Shown here: positions 11,548 to 25,839 of the stretch, piece by piece
Layout of the letters: the number at the start of each line of letters is the position of its first letter
Numbering within the stretch: the first letter of the stretch is position 1
Notes under the pieces: generated by a model
Databases searched by the model: none
What the model was told of the DNA's origin: nothing
Seen by the model: only the letters and a program-made list of their open reading frames with translations
Made by a program: the position numbers and the translations under genes
Source: the human T2T-CHM13v2.0 reference genome, Homo sapiens
Reading direction: 5' to 3' (one strand)
Assembly (NCBI RefSeq): GCF_009914755.1
Contig: NC_060927.1
Length of the DNA stretch: 64,000 bases

Positions 11548-14039
11548 GTAAAGCAAAATATACATTAATTACAGTGCTTTTCTTTTCTTAGTTTGCTAAA
11601 GTAGACAAAGTAAAATTTTCAAAGCCAAGGGCAATAATGTGCTTCTCAACACAAGTGTCATATTGCCTAATTTGCTGAGATGGCTTATAATAATAATATG
11701 GAATTAGAGCTAGACCACAGCAAACTACGTATGACCTTCAAATATCTTACCCCTATTGTTACCAGACTTACAAACCCTGATACAGTCTAACACACAATAG
11801 TGTTTACCTTATTATTGTATTTCTCCTTAGAAGACAGGATGACAGGCACTGGACAAAAAAGGATCAGATGATACTTATTATTTTTCTTTTTCTACACTTT
11901 CTAGGAATGATCTGGAATTAGGGAACAGTCTCCTATATTAAATGTTTATTGCCTTAGCATTATATTTTCTCTCTTCAATATGGATATTGAATGTAAAATA
12001 CATTTTAAAATCCACTTTTTCCTCCTTTTACCACTCCACTCTTTCACCCTTATCTCCCTACCTTCTGTCTCCTACCTGCCTATCTATTGCCTACCTACCT
12101 ACCTAACCACCTTAGGGAACCTGTATCCAAATGAAATCTAGCATGCAATGAGGTACAGTTAGAATACAACTGAAATATTGGAGAATTTAAGTCTCAAACT
12201 CTTCTGACAGACCTGGGTCTCATAAATGCACTGTATTTTTAATGGAATATGATAGCTGATAATTGGATTGATAGAAAGTCTATTTACTTTTGTGATTTGT
12301 TTTAAAAAAGAGGTTCAATAGACATATGTAGACCAAAAACACTACATAATTTTACTAGGAAAGCAAGATAATTTAATACTGTAGTTTTTTCACTACTTCA
12401 GCTCTGAGGAGAAAAATTTAATAGGAAATTATTTTGCTACATTTTTATTTTTAATCACTCAAAAAAGATAAAATATCTATTAAATCAAAGAAAATATTTA
12501 AAAAGGTATAGAAAAGAAGATAGCAAGTATCTTTTTTAATTTGAAGTAAAGAATAGACTTAAAGATGAAAAAATTTTTTCAGTGTAAAATTCATCAAGAT
12601 TCACACACTGCAAATTGGAATGCTTTTCTGTATGCAAATGAGTGGTGTGAATGTTTGGGCCATATTCAAAAGAATTACTTCAAATGAAAAAATTCCATTG
12701 CTTAAAGAATCTTTTTAAGTTGACAACTTTGTAAGTAAGCTGGAAATGAAATAGCTGAACCAACCTCTCAAACTCATATTCCAAATTACTTTAAAGATTG
12801 GTAAACAAGTTAAAGAACAGTTTAGGGAATATGTTTGTAATCTATACCATTTTTAATACATCAGAAACAATGAAATTAATGTTTTAGTTTTCCTGTAACA
12901 GTAAAGCACATATCTTTAAAATGTCTTAAAGATTCTTTTCGAATTCCAAAGATGTATTTTGCTATTTCAAACTATATTTTAGGTCTTCTAGATACCTATC
13001 TAGTAACTGTCACAATTAATTTGTGTTAATTCTAAATTAAAATATATATTTCTGAACTATGTTTTAGAATAGACTAGGCTTGTCTAAATTAATAGTTTCT
13101 AAGGTAAACATCTCAAACCCCAATGCATGCAAAATTTTATTAAAAAGTTTAGTTGAGCATCAAGCATCAGAGCCTGTGAGTTGAATCAATGTGGGCTTGC
13201 ATGTGTGTGAGCGATAGTTTTTGTCAAAGTAAGTTGATATTTTTGTGGTTAATACACATTCATTCTTAAGTTTTTGTGGGGTCATTGTACCTTTTGATAA
13301 TTGTATATTTTCTTAGTCAATGATGCTAAAAATACAACAACTACAATGTGGGAGTTCACAGGAAAAAAATTTTGTTAATAAGGTTATTCCTATTCAAAAC
13401 AATTAAGTACCAATGTCTCTGAATGTTTATATATGTATTTACATTTAGCAAGTGATTATACATTCATTTACTGGCATTTTAGGTGACTAGATGGGCAAAG
13501 ACATATGAGTAATGAAAATGGTAAATAATATACATTTGATTATTGGCCTATAAAATGTATTTTTATAATTTACTGTGTCTCACCAGATTGTTTCAGTGCA
13601 ATTCATGAAGCCATTTTGTAAACATCCTATTGAAGACAAATTTAGAAAACTGCTAGTTGTCCTGTTTTGCCTACTCATGTCAAATGTAATCCTGAGAATG
13701 AAAGAGTTTATGTTAGACTGAAACTAATTTATGCTCTAAATATATTCCCCTGTGAAGGGGAGTGAGGAAAGCCCTTATTGACATGTCATATTGCCCCTTT
13801 TAATTTTGCTTGCATAGAAAACTCTGGAAACCCACAGTGGTAGTTAAGAGGATTAGATGATGTTGGTCAATAAACTTAACAATGGAATTTATAGACAGAA
13901 TTATTAGAGAATTGATTCAATACTGATCTTGATCTTTGAGAAAAATTATAACATTTTGCTAAATAGGTTCTATACTTTAAAAAGTACCATTTCTTCTGTG
14001 AAGAATCCTCGTTTGTCAGAGGCTATTGTGGAAATATTA

Positions 14040-14230
14040 TAGATATTGGAGTAAAAGAAGTCATAGTTCAAATTCTCTTTACCATAGAATATGTCATCTG
14101 AGGCAAGATTAACTTCCCTAAGACTTGATTCCTCAAATGAGTCTACTAATGCCTATCTTATGAGGGTCTCATGAGAATTATATAGACTAACATATAGACA
14201 GTGTCTATGTGGTAGTGTGCTAATAGAAGC
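14040..14230 (+). mobile_element. MIR SINE (degraded)
   Basis: ggcaagattaacttccctaagacttgattcctca...cctatcttatgagggt. Confidence 0.6.
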
Positions 14231-14405
14231 TGATATTTCATAGCACTTAAGTAACAGATATTTTTGAACAATATTATGGAAAAATTACTCAAGCTTAAAA
14301 TTCATCATTTATGTGCGCTTAAAATGTTTACTAATTTTAAATGATTGTCTTTTCAGCCCTCTTTCAGAGGTATGGCTGAATTTTCAACATAAAATATGGA
14401 TAACA

Positions 14406-14880
14406 GTGAAAGCATGCAGTATTTATGTTTCTGTCCCTGGCTTCTTTTAGTTAGCATAGTGTTCTCCAATTCCATCCATGTTATCACAAAAGAGATAAGT
14501 TTCTTGTTTTTCAAGGCTAAATTGTATTCCATTGTGTATATATAACACATTTCCTTTTTCTATTCATCTGTAACAGAGTGTAGAATGGTGGTTTCAGCCT
14601 GGGGTATGGAGGGAACGGGGAGAAAATGGTCAACTTCTATTATATATTGTGTGGCATGGTGAATATACTTAGTAATAGAGTATGATACATTTCAAAATTG
14701 TTCAGTAAATTTTATGTGTTCTCATCACAAAAAATGTAACATATTTGGGGTGATGAATATGTTAACCAGCTTAATTTAATTATTCCACATTATATTCATA
14801 AATCATAACATCACTTTGTACTCCATAAAATTATATCATTTTAAGCTGTCAATTTACAATGAAAAAAATAAAAATAAAAT
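14406..14880 (+). mobile_element. L1MA-type 3' end with 5' inversion (14406-14570 antisense, 14571-14880 sense)
   Basis: Antisense L1 3'UTR block joined to a sense 3'UTR plus A-tail; degenerate TSD ATAAAATATGGATAACA / ATAAAATAGGATGACA. Confidence 0.85.
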
Positions 14881-15566
14881 AGGATGACATTATCTATTTG
14901 GCAGGTGTATGAGTCCTTGTAGTCTTCCATTTCATAGTATTAGAAGAAGAAAGATACTTTCCCAAGTTATGACATAATGTAATCTTTTAGGACATTTCTG
15001 TAGAACTGCCACCATGACAATTATTTGTTAAATGCTTGCACAAAAAAAAACAGGAAAATAGCAGAAAGACTTAGTGGTCCTTCTTAATAGGATCAGTGGT
15101 GTTCAATTTTGTGTGGTAAGGAGCAGAAGAGAAGTGGAAAACTATTATATGGAATCATTTGGTGTAGCTTGTGTGCATGAAATGCATCAGGTTTTTTTTA
15201 AGGTAATATTTGCAAGATTACATTGTATTATGGCCCATTTTACTGGTAACACAGGGTTATTTTGTGCAGCGTAGCTCATTGCTTCAAAAGTAAAGGGCTG
15301 GTTTTATTCATCACTGAAGTGGTTTATCTATATCTCCCCTCTTATTCAGTAACTCTAAAATTAAGTTGCATTCATATTCTGTAGTTAAATCCATACTGTG
15401 TTAACCTTTGAAGAACATTTTCTCTTAAAATTTGACTTTTGTCAGGAACATGCTTTAATATATTTTATTATATATCTAACTCTTACCACTCTTGTTTAAA
15501 ATCCTTTTATAATCTTTGTGTACACTATTACATAGTATAGGATCACTTTTTTAAGAAAGAAATTAT

Positions 15567-15935
<369 letters not shown>

Positions 15936-16001
15936 CTAACTAATAAAGTAGAATCTATTTATTTGTCTTACAGATAGATCCTTTTTTTTTTGTTATTTCA
16001 G

Positions 16002-16121
16002 GATTTCAAGAAGGTTCTTCAGAAAAATGTTGTGGCTTATATTAGCCTCCACAGTCCCATAAGGGGGAACTCTAGTCTGTATCCTGTAGCATCACCATCT
16101 CTTCAGCAACTGGTAGTAGAG
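16002..16121 (+). CDS. NAALADL2: Internal coding exon (120 nt, phase 0-0) of NAALADL2, probably exon 9: DFKKVLQKNVVAYISLHSPIRGNSSLYPVASPSLQQLVVE
   Basis: Acceptor tttttgttatttcag| and donor GAG|gtaaga. Lies inside ORF 15990-16193 and aligns with PSMA [22 protein letters not shown]. Confidence 0.96.
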
Positions 16122-18261
16122 GTAAGACAAACCACTATTGTATCAAATGATTATGCAAAACCGACCTTTTCTCTATATTTTGACATTTCTTGATTTTTTC
16201 ATTTATTTTTAAATATGCATCAAATGTTGTATAAGTGTTTTAAGAAATGATCTATTGCTGACATTTTATCAATATACCTTAACTAATTTCTTATGTTCTG
16301 GAATTCTTCACTTGCTACTCTTTTATGGTCATATTTCTAGAAGACATGAGTCACACAGTTATAGAGAAGGTATACAAAAATATATTTTTAAAAAATATAT
16401 GAATTTAGCTCTCAAATTCCCAATTCTGTAATCTTGACATTTTATGATAAGCCTGGTTACTTTTGAATTTCTTCCTCTTCATTCTTGTTTTAAGTAAATG
16501 TGAGACCTGTCCTATCTTTACAACTGCTGTGTAGGCCCCCCGAGAGCAAGAATATAGTGATAACTAAATTTAAAAGATTTAGAAAATATTGTTTGAAAAA
16601 TTACCTGTGGAAAAAGAAAACATGTTTTCTTAGTATCCTGAAAAATCATATATTTTTTATGTTTCATTGGAGTTACTTATTTTGAAAATATTTTGTCACT
16701 TCTCGCCTAATTTAAAAAATTTAGCAGAACATTTTTTCCTGTTTATTAGTAGAGTTCACACTTTTATTTCTGCATTCTTATTATGAATTTCACTACAGAT
16801 AAAATATGTGCTATTTCTCATTATGAAAACAATCATACCACAACTTAGGGATGGTTTCCTCTTAGCCTCAATGTCTGTTAATTTATATATTGGAACCAAT
16901 CTTTCAGATGCCCACAGGACTTTTTGGGGAGTATTGCAGGAACTGAACTAGACAAAGAGAGAGGCAATGAACAGAGCTTTGAATGAGCCATAATTTTTGA
17001 TTGAAGTGTAATGCAAACTAAACATTTTACAACTTTCATAAAGTATTTTTAGCTTAATAGTTTTTATTGGCATTTCCATATGTAGTACAATAAAGAAGAC
17101 ATTATGAAACATGAAGTAGATAATTCTGTACATTTAAAATCAGCCAATCCCCTGTGTGCATGCCTAAATTATATCCATATCTGTAAGTTAATTTCTCCTG
17201 CTCTGTGTACTACTTTGAATTCCTTTACTCCTACCTGCTTGGAAGCCTTGCAAAAGCAAATGAGCCTCGGATGTCTCCCTTGGAAATTTAAGATATTTCT
17301 GAATGAGTGGATTATAAGGTAGAAGAAATAGTGATCTCAAGTATCCAGAAATAGAGGAGGGTTGGTTTAAAAATGTGTCATTTTCTTATCGTGTGTGACA
17401 AGTTTTATATTTTGAGAATCTTGAAAGATATTTAATCATTGAAATTGATGGGTAAATAGAAATAGTTAATTATTAAGAAGTATTAAATCTACATAATGTT
17501 ATTTCTGAGAATATAATGCTATTTAAAATATCTTTGCACATCTTATAACAGGACTAAAATATTTCAGTATCTAAACCTAATTATGTGAGAATACAGTATG
17601 GTTTCTCAATCACAAGTGATGATTGATGATTCACAAATGATGACGTACATGTCAACATGTACCTCACTTTTTGGAAGAGGAATCTTTTCTGTTCTATAAT
17701 TGAAAATGTTTGCACACTAACAAATGTAAAAATGAACTGGAATGTGTATAGAAAATATTTTTTTTCTGTTGAGATCGTGTGTCTGTGTATGTATGTGTTC
17801 ATGTTTCACAGAACAATTTAGAAGGTTAGGAATATCACAACTTCAAGCAAAGGATAGCATTATGTAATTTCAATCAATGGGGATTACTTATATATATATG
17901 TCTAATTTTATGGAATGAATATAAATAACTTAATATATATTCTCATACAAAAATTTAATATCACATTTTTAAAAAATTATATATTTTTAAAACTCAAATA
18001 TATAAAGGTTTATACATTTTATAAACAACTCAAATCTATAAGTGTTAAGAGATACGAAGAAAACAAAACTTTACAGTAATTTACATGATTTAATTAAAAC
18101 AATTCACCAGTAGTAAAAATTAAAAGAAATACATAAAGCCTTTTTTTGAAATAAAAAAGAACTAAAATGATAACATCCAGAACATATGTAACTTCATTTC
18201 CAATACTGAAGATTTTATCAATGATTAAGGACAAAGATATTTCATTAATTTGTTTAGATTT

Positions 18262-18522
18262 ATTTTTCTTTGAGTGTACACACAGTAGTGGGATTGCTGT
18301 GTTGAATGGTAGATTTACTGTTAGTTCTTTGAGGAATCTCCATACTGTTTTCCCTAGAGGTTGTACGAATTTACATTCCCACCAACAGCATATAAGCATT
18401 CCCTTTTCACCACAATCTATGCCAATATCTGTTTTTTAACTTTTTAATATTGGCCATTGTGGCTGGGGTAAGGTGGTATCTCATTGTGGTTTTTTTATTT
18501 GCATTTTTCTGATGATTTGTGA
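18262..18522 (-). mobile_element. L1 (L1PB-like) ORF2 C-terminal fragment
   Basis: ORF 18094-18399(-) begins CWWECKFVQPLGKTVWRFLKEL, the L1 ORF2 C-terminal motif. Confidence 0.88.
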
Positions 18523-18894
18523 AAAAAGCATATTGACTAAATTGTAAATGACACAAGACTGTATAGAATATCTAATCCTTTGTATAGCAATATGTAGATT
18601 ACAAAAGATTTCATCAAGTTCATATAATAGATTTAAATACATAAGATGAAATCTTTAAAGTATTATTATGAAATACTGCATTTAATTTTTTATAAGCTAG
18701 ATACATATAGGATGTTTTAATGGATTACAAGCTTGATATGAAACAAAACTATAAAATGGATGTCCTAAATCAAACACCAGTTTTAAGTACATTTATAGAA
18801 TGTTATTCAAATCAAGGAGTTGGTAGTCCCACAGTATCTGGTCTATCAGACAACATCTTGATATGATAGTCTTATCGCTCAAGTCACAATTACT

Positions 18895-19022
18895 GGATAT
18901 ATTGAGGTATAATTCACATACAGTAAGATTCTCCATTCTTCAATGTACAGCTTGATGAATTTTGACAAATGTATATAACCATGTATACACAATCACAATC
19001 AAGATATACGGCATCTCTGTCA
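18895..19022 (-). mobile_element. L1ME/MD-like extreme 3' end
   Basis: attgaggtataattcacatacagtaa...tgtacagcttgatgaattttgacaaatgtatata. Confidence 0.75.
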
Positions 19023-19272
19023 CAGTCACGCTCTCAGCATCACACAACTGCTGCTGGCATTGGGGGGAGGTTTGCCACTAGTGATTCAGGACTGCTTTTC
19101 CCTACCTCTTCAGTGCCTTTCAGCAATATGAAGTTAAAACCAAGTACTTTGAGTGCTCACCTTGTATTTGGTTCTTATGAAGGTTTTTTCTTGTGTAGAT
19201 AGCTGCTAAATTGGTGTCCACTTTGAGTGGAAAATCGGTGGAGCCTTCTATTCCTCCACCTTGCTCTGCCCC
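19023..19272 (-). mobile_element. L1 5'UTR start (L1M1/L1MA-type)
   Basis: Minus strand starts GGGGCAGAGCAAGGTGGAGGAATAGAAGGCTCCACCGA, the L1 5' terminus with a decayed YY1 site. Confidence 0.7.
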
Positions 19273-19387
19273 AAGTCCCCAGCACCTTATTATAAAGAAC
19301 ATGGTGAACTTACTTTAACCCAGTATTCATATTGAAGGAGCATTATAAACTGTAATTATACATTCTTTCATGCACAAACATTTAAGT

Positions 19388-19411
19388 ACACACACACACA
19401 CACACACACAC
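19388..19411 (+). repeat. (CA)n microsatellite
   Basis: About 12 AC units. Confidence 0.95.
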
Positions 19412-20073
19412 TTAGTATTGTATATATTTGTGTATTATATATTATATATTTATTTCTTGATTTATTCTACTGGAGACCTTAGGATGTTCTATAGACATCA
19501 GTGGAGTGCCAGCACCTCTGATTGAGTAGAGAATAAGAGATCCTTGCTAAGACCTAATTTCTTGGGGGGATAAAAGCCCTTTTTTGTAATTTTATTTCCA
19601 TTGACTCCTTAAATGTACAAAAAGATGTACAGGTGAGTGACCTCTTAGTGAAACACAAATGCCTTCATGCAAAGTAGATTATGAAATTAAAGATAAGATT
19701 TATCTTCAAATAATAGTTTTAAAATTAAGATGCAAAACAAACACATATGCACCTCTCCCTATATGTTGCTGTTCTGCTCTTAGTTTTCAAAATCATCTTT
19801 TCTAGATCACAGAATGTATTGATTTTGCCTTTAGAAAAACATAATTTGGTCATCCATATTTTAGGCAGCATTCTGTAAGTCTTAAGAAAATAGCAATGAA
19901 ATTTCTAACAGGTTATTTTGGGAAAACCTGCAGCATTTGCACATATGAAAGCAGTCCATCTAGCCATATTCTATTTAAATGTTGCTTTTGCAGCACCTGC
20001 CAGAAACTGGCCAACCTGATTAAAACTAAATAATTACATCAGTATTGTAAAACTTTGCAGGGGACAGACAGTG

Positions 20074-20386
20074 TTTTTTTAATTTAATTTAATTTTAGAG
20101 ACATAGTCTCACTTTGTCACCCAGGCTGGAATGCAAGTGGTATGATCATAGCTCACTGTAACCTTAAACACCTGAGCTAAAGCAATCCAACACCCTCAGC
20201 CTCCCAGGTAGCTAATCCTATAGGCATGCACCACCATGCCCAGCTAATTTCTTAAAAAATAGTTTGTAGAGATGGGGGTCTTGCTGTGTTGCCCAGACTT
20301 GTCTCAAACTCCCGGTCTCAAGTGATCTTCCTGCCTTGGCTTCTCAAAGCGCTGGGATTACGGCCATGAGCCACTGCACCCAGCCA
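20074..20386 (-). mobile_element. AluJ (Jo-like)
   Basis: Antisense dimer with gatcatagctcactgtaacc; followed by a (GTT)n-like tract. Confidence 0.92.
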
Positions 20387-23300
20387 AATGTTGTTGTAGT
20401 TGTAGTCGTTGTTGTTGTTTTAAGTCTCTGAAACAGTAGCAAAGATATTTTTGTAGTTTCTTCTTTAATTTCCTGTTTTACTTTTTTTATATACAAAGCA
20501 CCACAAAATGCATACATATATTTCAAGTCAACTACGTTCGTTGGAGTTTTTGAGCTCCTAACTTGTCTATAGTATTATGTCTTCATTGTGAATATCCCGT
20601 TTGTTGCAAAGCCTACTGACGTGCTAGATATTTAAAGAGAACCCAAGCTGTGCACAGCATTGCTTTAAGTGTTGTAGGACACAGTAAGCAGATGAAATGC
20701 CCCTGTTGCCCAGGAGCTTATAATTTTACCAAGAACTTCAGATGTGCATAAATAGCTAAGATATAAGAGTGAGTGTGATATGTGCTATCCTAGAATTCAC
20801 AGGAAAGGGAAAATATGATTGGTTTAATTTGGAAACATGCATTATATGACAGTGGCAAAAAACTGAGTGGACTCAGAATCTTAAATTTAGCCATCTGTCT
20901 TTTCAAACCTCAATCCTTCAATCAAGTAAAAAACAAACAAACAAAAAACAGTATTTCTCTTCAAATCACAAGAAATAATGCTCATTCCCATTTTCTTGCT
21001 CAATTGAGTGCAAAGTTGTTATGCTTCTGCTCTTTTCTTCTTGTGTGAGGGCGACTAAAATGCCACAGCTTTGTCTGCTGAGGTACTTACACAGTTACTT
21101 CTCTAACAGCCACTGTATTGTTTTACCTTCTGACTGACCATGCCACAATTCTTTAGGGTATAAAAACAACACGTCTGACATTTTTGCTTGAGTGACTGGA
21201 GCCCTGACTTTCAAGTAACAGAGATATTTATTATTTTTGTCTTGACTTTATATTTACATATTCTGGAATAATAAAAATAACAACTAAGTCTTGTAATAAA
21301 TCTAAATTAAACCTTGTTATACCCTAGAGCTTGCACAAGCTCTTGGATAAGTCAATAGATATTCCCTTGAAACAATACCACTAGGCTATGATTTTAATAT
21401 TTGAAAGGATTTCCTCAGGTCAGGCATCAGAGAAAAGGCCCACATCATCTTTCTGGGGGCAAACACCAAAACATTGAGAGCTGTGTTCTTGAACACTTGC
21501 TGAGAAACAAACAGCAGATAGGTTACCAAATCCAGAATCCTATAAATAGCTTAGAACTTTACAGATGTTTCTTAAACTTCTTTCAGTGTATATATAAATC
21601 AATATATAAATGCATCATCAAGCATCTTTTAGAACAGATGTTACTACTTTTCTAAATCTCTTCTAACACTTTCGAACCTGACTCTGTATTGACTGCATTA
21701 ACACGTCATGGGTGAATTTCAGACTAAAGTCAATTCAGAATGATGATATTTAGCATATTAATTTCCCAAAGAATTATAGAACTTCTTTATTTTATAATTG
21801 AAAGCCTGTAACTTTGTTTGGAAAACACCTGCATATTTTACTTTTTAGAGCTGTTGAAAGGGGAAAAGGCCAAATGAATTAAAGTCCTAACCAGAAATCA
21901 CTTAATTTACTGTACCTTCGTTCCTTTGTCTTCTATTTTTGCTCCATCCTGTTATATCATTTTCATATTTATGTGTTTGTTATTCCAACTTTAACCAAAG
22001 ACTTCTATCTGCTACTGGATTTTCATAATATGCTTTTGCATATACATGTAGTTACAAATAGTCACTGTGCAAAAAATGTGGAAAACAATGTGAGATGAAC
22101 AGTCCATGTGTTGCTCTGGGTTTGGATGGCATTACTGCCTCAATAGAGCCATTCAAGGGTTTTTGTTGTTGTTGCTTCATTTTATATTGTTTCACTGGTG
22201 ACACAATTTAGACTTATTTTTTCCAAACACTCTTTTTTTGGTTACTTGCAACTTTTTTTTCCACAAGAATTGTTGACCGAATATATAGTAGCAGATCACA
22301 GAAGGTACAGTGCTAAAATAAAAATAGCTGTCTTCTCACTCCGCTCTTGATGATTTAATTCAGTACTGAAACAAAGCTTAATTTCTTTTCTGCTTCCTGT
22401 AAGATATAACAGTACAACTGATGTGGAAACATTCTGTTAACTTGTCTTTCATGACACATGACATAGATTTTTTTGGGTTTTGTTTATATATTTTTGTTTT
22501 GTTTAGTTTTTAATGAGAGAAATTCTGTTTTCTTATTTACCATGAATTGCAATTCTTTTCTGGGGGTACTCCTTAATTTATCTTCCTTTCTGCTGGTGGT
22601 TTTACTTCTAGTCAACGGAAGCGACCATAAAGACTAATGAACTGATTTAAAACCCTTCTTTACACTGAGTTACCACTTCGATAAAGATTCACATTTAGAA
22701 TTGTGATTCTATTGGCAGGTTTATCTATCTCCTGAGTTTACAAGGTTTTGCTTTGTGTTAAAACTAATGCATCCCTCCAGTTTACTACTGTTTTACAAGG
22801 TTTTCTGTTCAGTATATACTGACAGTATGTAAATCCCTTTTTATTTAGATTTAGATAACAAGAGAAGTCTTAGTGAGATTCTGCTTAAAACTCCAATTTT
22901 CAGAAGGCAGCTGATTTATATATTAGGACTATGTAACCAAAAAGAAATCCAAACAATTTGAAACTTGAAATACTATTTAGCTTGAACTCAGCCATCCCGT
23001 CATAATTAATATCACATTGTTAAAATGGCTTAAGCTGAGTTACTTTTTGTCTGCAATTTTTTGATTGGTACACTGGACACAGGCCTCTTCAGGACTTGAA
23101 AGAGTGACTGTTTACTCAGGACAGGTATTAGTGAATCACTACTGTTGGGAGGTTAGATAAAATTCTGTAACAGTATCATTAATGCAGTACAGTACACTTT
23201 TCCATTTAAAATATGAAATTTACTCTGATAAATTGTTGCTCTATTTCCCCCCTTAAACACTGATCAAGTCTTACATGTTTGGGTTAAAAACCTATCATTA

Positions 23301-25696
23301 ATGCTATCAATTAATAATTTACATAACACTACAATAGTGATATTCGTTCTTATGACATATGACAATTTATATAGTATTTTAATGAATAATGAAATAAATT
23401 TAAACAGTTTTTTGCTGAACAAAATAATAACCGTCTCAAAAATAAGTACTGGGGTAATTTTATTATCTGTTGTTATGTACTTATCTTTGATAAATTTTAT
23501 AAATTGTGGATTCTTGGTTTTTGCCATTTCTCTTTTTAAGTTGTAACCTGATTAAACAATTTTGTGTTTGAATGGTTTGCTTGAATCTTTAACAAAATAA
23601 TTTGATTCAATGAAAGAAAAGGTAATCAATGTAATAATAATGTTAAATAAATAGTTAAACAAACAAATATACCAATGAACTTACTTTGAACAAACATTTC
23701 CCAGTGCGCATTATGAAAGGTATACAAAGTAGAACCTTCAGTATGTTATCTTGCATTATAAAGATCCAAAGCTAAATAGAACATGCAGCCTTTTCCAAAC
23801 TTGTTTTACTCTGGAACATTTTCCTTCAATCATCTTGTGAAAAATGGCCACAGGAATGCTGCTTTAAACAAACCCTATAATATTTAAAATATGAAATTCT
23901 ACAAAAACGAAGTTTCCAATATCTTCACTTTGATAATGAATTTTTCAAATGTCAAGATCCACAATTTGCATTTTTCAGTGCAAATACACTTTTTCAGAAG
24001 CACAACTCTATATACAGTGCTGATAAGGCTTGAAGGCACTGATTACTCCTTCCCTTTGATCTGGAATTTCACCTGCAAATTTATAGCCTTAAGTGTCTTA
24101 TAACCTGACATGAATCTCTCCATAGTTACTACTACTAACTGTATTTTTAGTTGCAAAATTATAATTTTAAGGTGAGAATTATGAAATAAATTGAGCAGCA
24201 GAACATTAAGCTATTTTAATCCTGAAAAAACAGTTCTCCTAAGGGCCATGGATAGTAATTTTATGTATGTCTTCAAGGTTTACAGAAACAATTTCAATTC
24301 AGCCTAAGGAAGAATTCTCAGATAGGAAGAATTACCTTCAGGTGCTCAAACACTGCACTGATGTAGGGAAGAGGAAGTGAATATTTTTATGGATGACTGC
24401 TTTAGTCAACATTTATTTATAAAGTAATTCATTCATAAATTCATCTTTTATTTGTGTTTGTTTGTTTAGCTTTTATAATATATAAAAGAGCCTATAATTT
24501 ATTTCTAGGTGCCTCTGGTTTCTAGGCTAAGAGCTTTCATATTTATAGTTTATCTATATTGTGCCTTAACAAATTCTGGCTCTAAATCTACAAGCCATAT
24601 ACGATAAACATTGGTGGAATACAAGAAACCATGAAAATTTTAGGTCTAGTGTTAATGTTTACAACTCTTTTCTGAGACTGTATAACCACATAAACATAGC
24701 GCATTGTTGTAGACATATATCAATGGCAACCATCTCATCCACAAGCAACTCTAACTCATTTGTCTTCTGTAATCAATGGTAACTCCAGAAGGAGTTTAAG
24801 ATGGCAGTAGCCTGGATTGAAATAGACATGATGTAGTGAGGTTTAGGGAGAAAAATCTGTTTTAGAATCATAGCATCAAAAGTAGTATTCTATTCCACAG
24901 CACCCTTTTTCAAGTAAAGTAATCCAGAATTATTTACTTTGAAATTTCAGAATCTAAATGAAAGGTATTAATTTATCAATTATGTTTTACATAAAGTTGT
25001 CAACCTTGAAATAAAATAGTTTTTTCTGGCTTTATACAGACTTCTAAAATATTAATCAGATTTCAGTAATATTCAGTAGGTAATCATAGGATCCAAAAAT
25101 AATAAGGTATTGTACAATCCCTAAATAAGGTGGGCTGCTGCTCTAGTTTGATAAAGATTCACAAGGGTGATTGACATTTTCACTTTAACCTAGAATTTAA
25201 ATAAAAGAACTATGTATATTAGAAAATAGCTCCTTGAGAACTAACATAGCTCCTTTTATTATCTTATCCTGCTCTTTGTAAAAAGTGTATAAACTATACA
25301 TGGGCAAAAAGAAAAACATAATTCGTCACCTATAATTTTACTATCCAGAGAGAAACACTGAGAACATTTTTTCTTTGTGTAATGCATGCAGATTATGTCG
25401 TTACCTAAAGGGAAATGCGATCTGTAATTTTTTCCTTTTAAAATACTATAAGTAGCTGCTATTTTTTAAAAAAGCAGTATTATCATTGGTACATAAGTGA
25501 ATGTAGATGAACAATATATGGGAATTCATTGTAATATACTTACAACTCTTTTGTAGGTTTGAATTGTTTTTGAAAATAAAAATGGCCAATTAATGTATGT
25601 GTATTATTATATAGCTATATTGCCTTTACTAACCAATTCATTTTCTTTAACATTTATATACATTTCAAAGATTTCTTTGTCATTACTAACAATGCC

Positions 25697-25697
<1 letters not shown>

Positions 25698-25729
<32 letters not shown>
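25698..25729 (+). repeat. (TG)n microsatellite
   Basis: About 15 TG units. Confidence 0.97.
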
Positions 25730-25734
<5 letters not shown>

Positions 25735-25839
25735 GCTGTGTCTACATACTCTTTTCCCTTTTCAATTAGGAAGCTTGGGGAACAAAAAGCTACTGCTTCA
25801 AAATGCTGACTCTAGGACCACAGCACCATAAATTGATAG

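Noticed and set aside
23264-23546. Hydrophobic I/L/N/F-rich ORFs on both strands suggesting a NUMT or membrane peptide
   Set aside because: Composition follows from AT-richness; I see no resemblance to mitochondrial genes.
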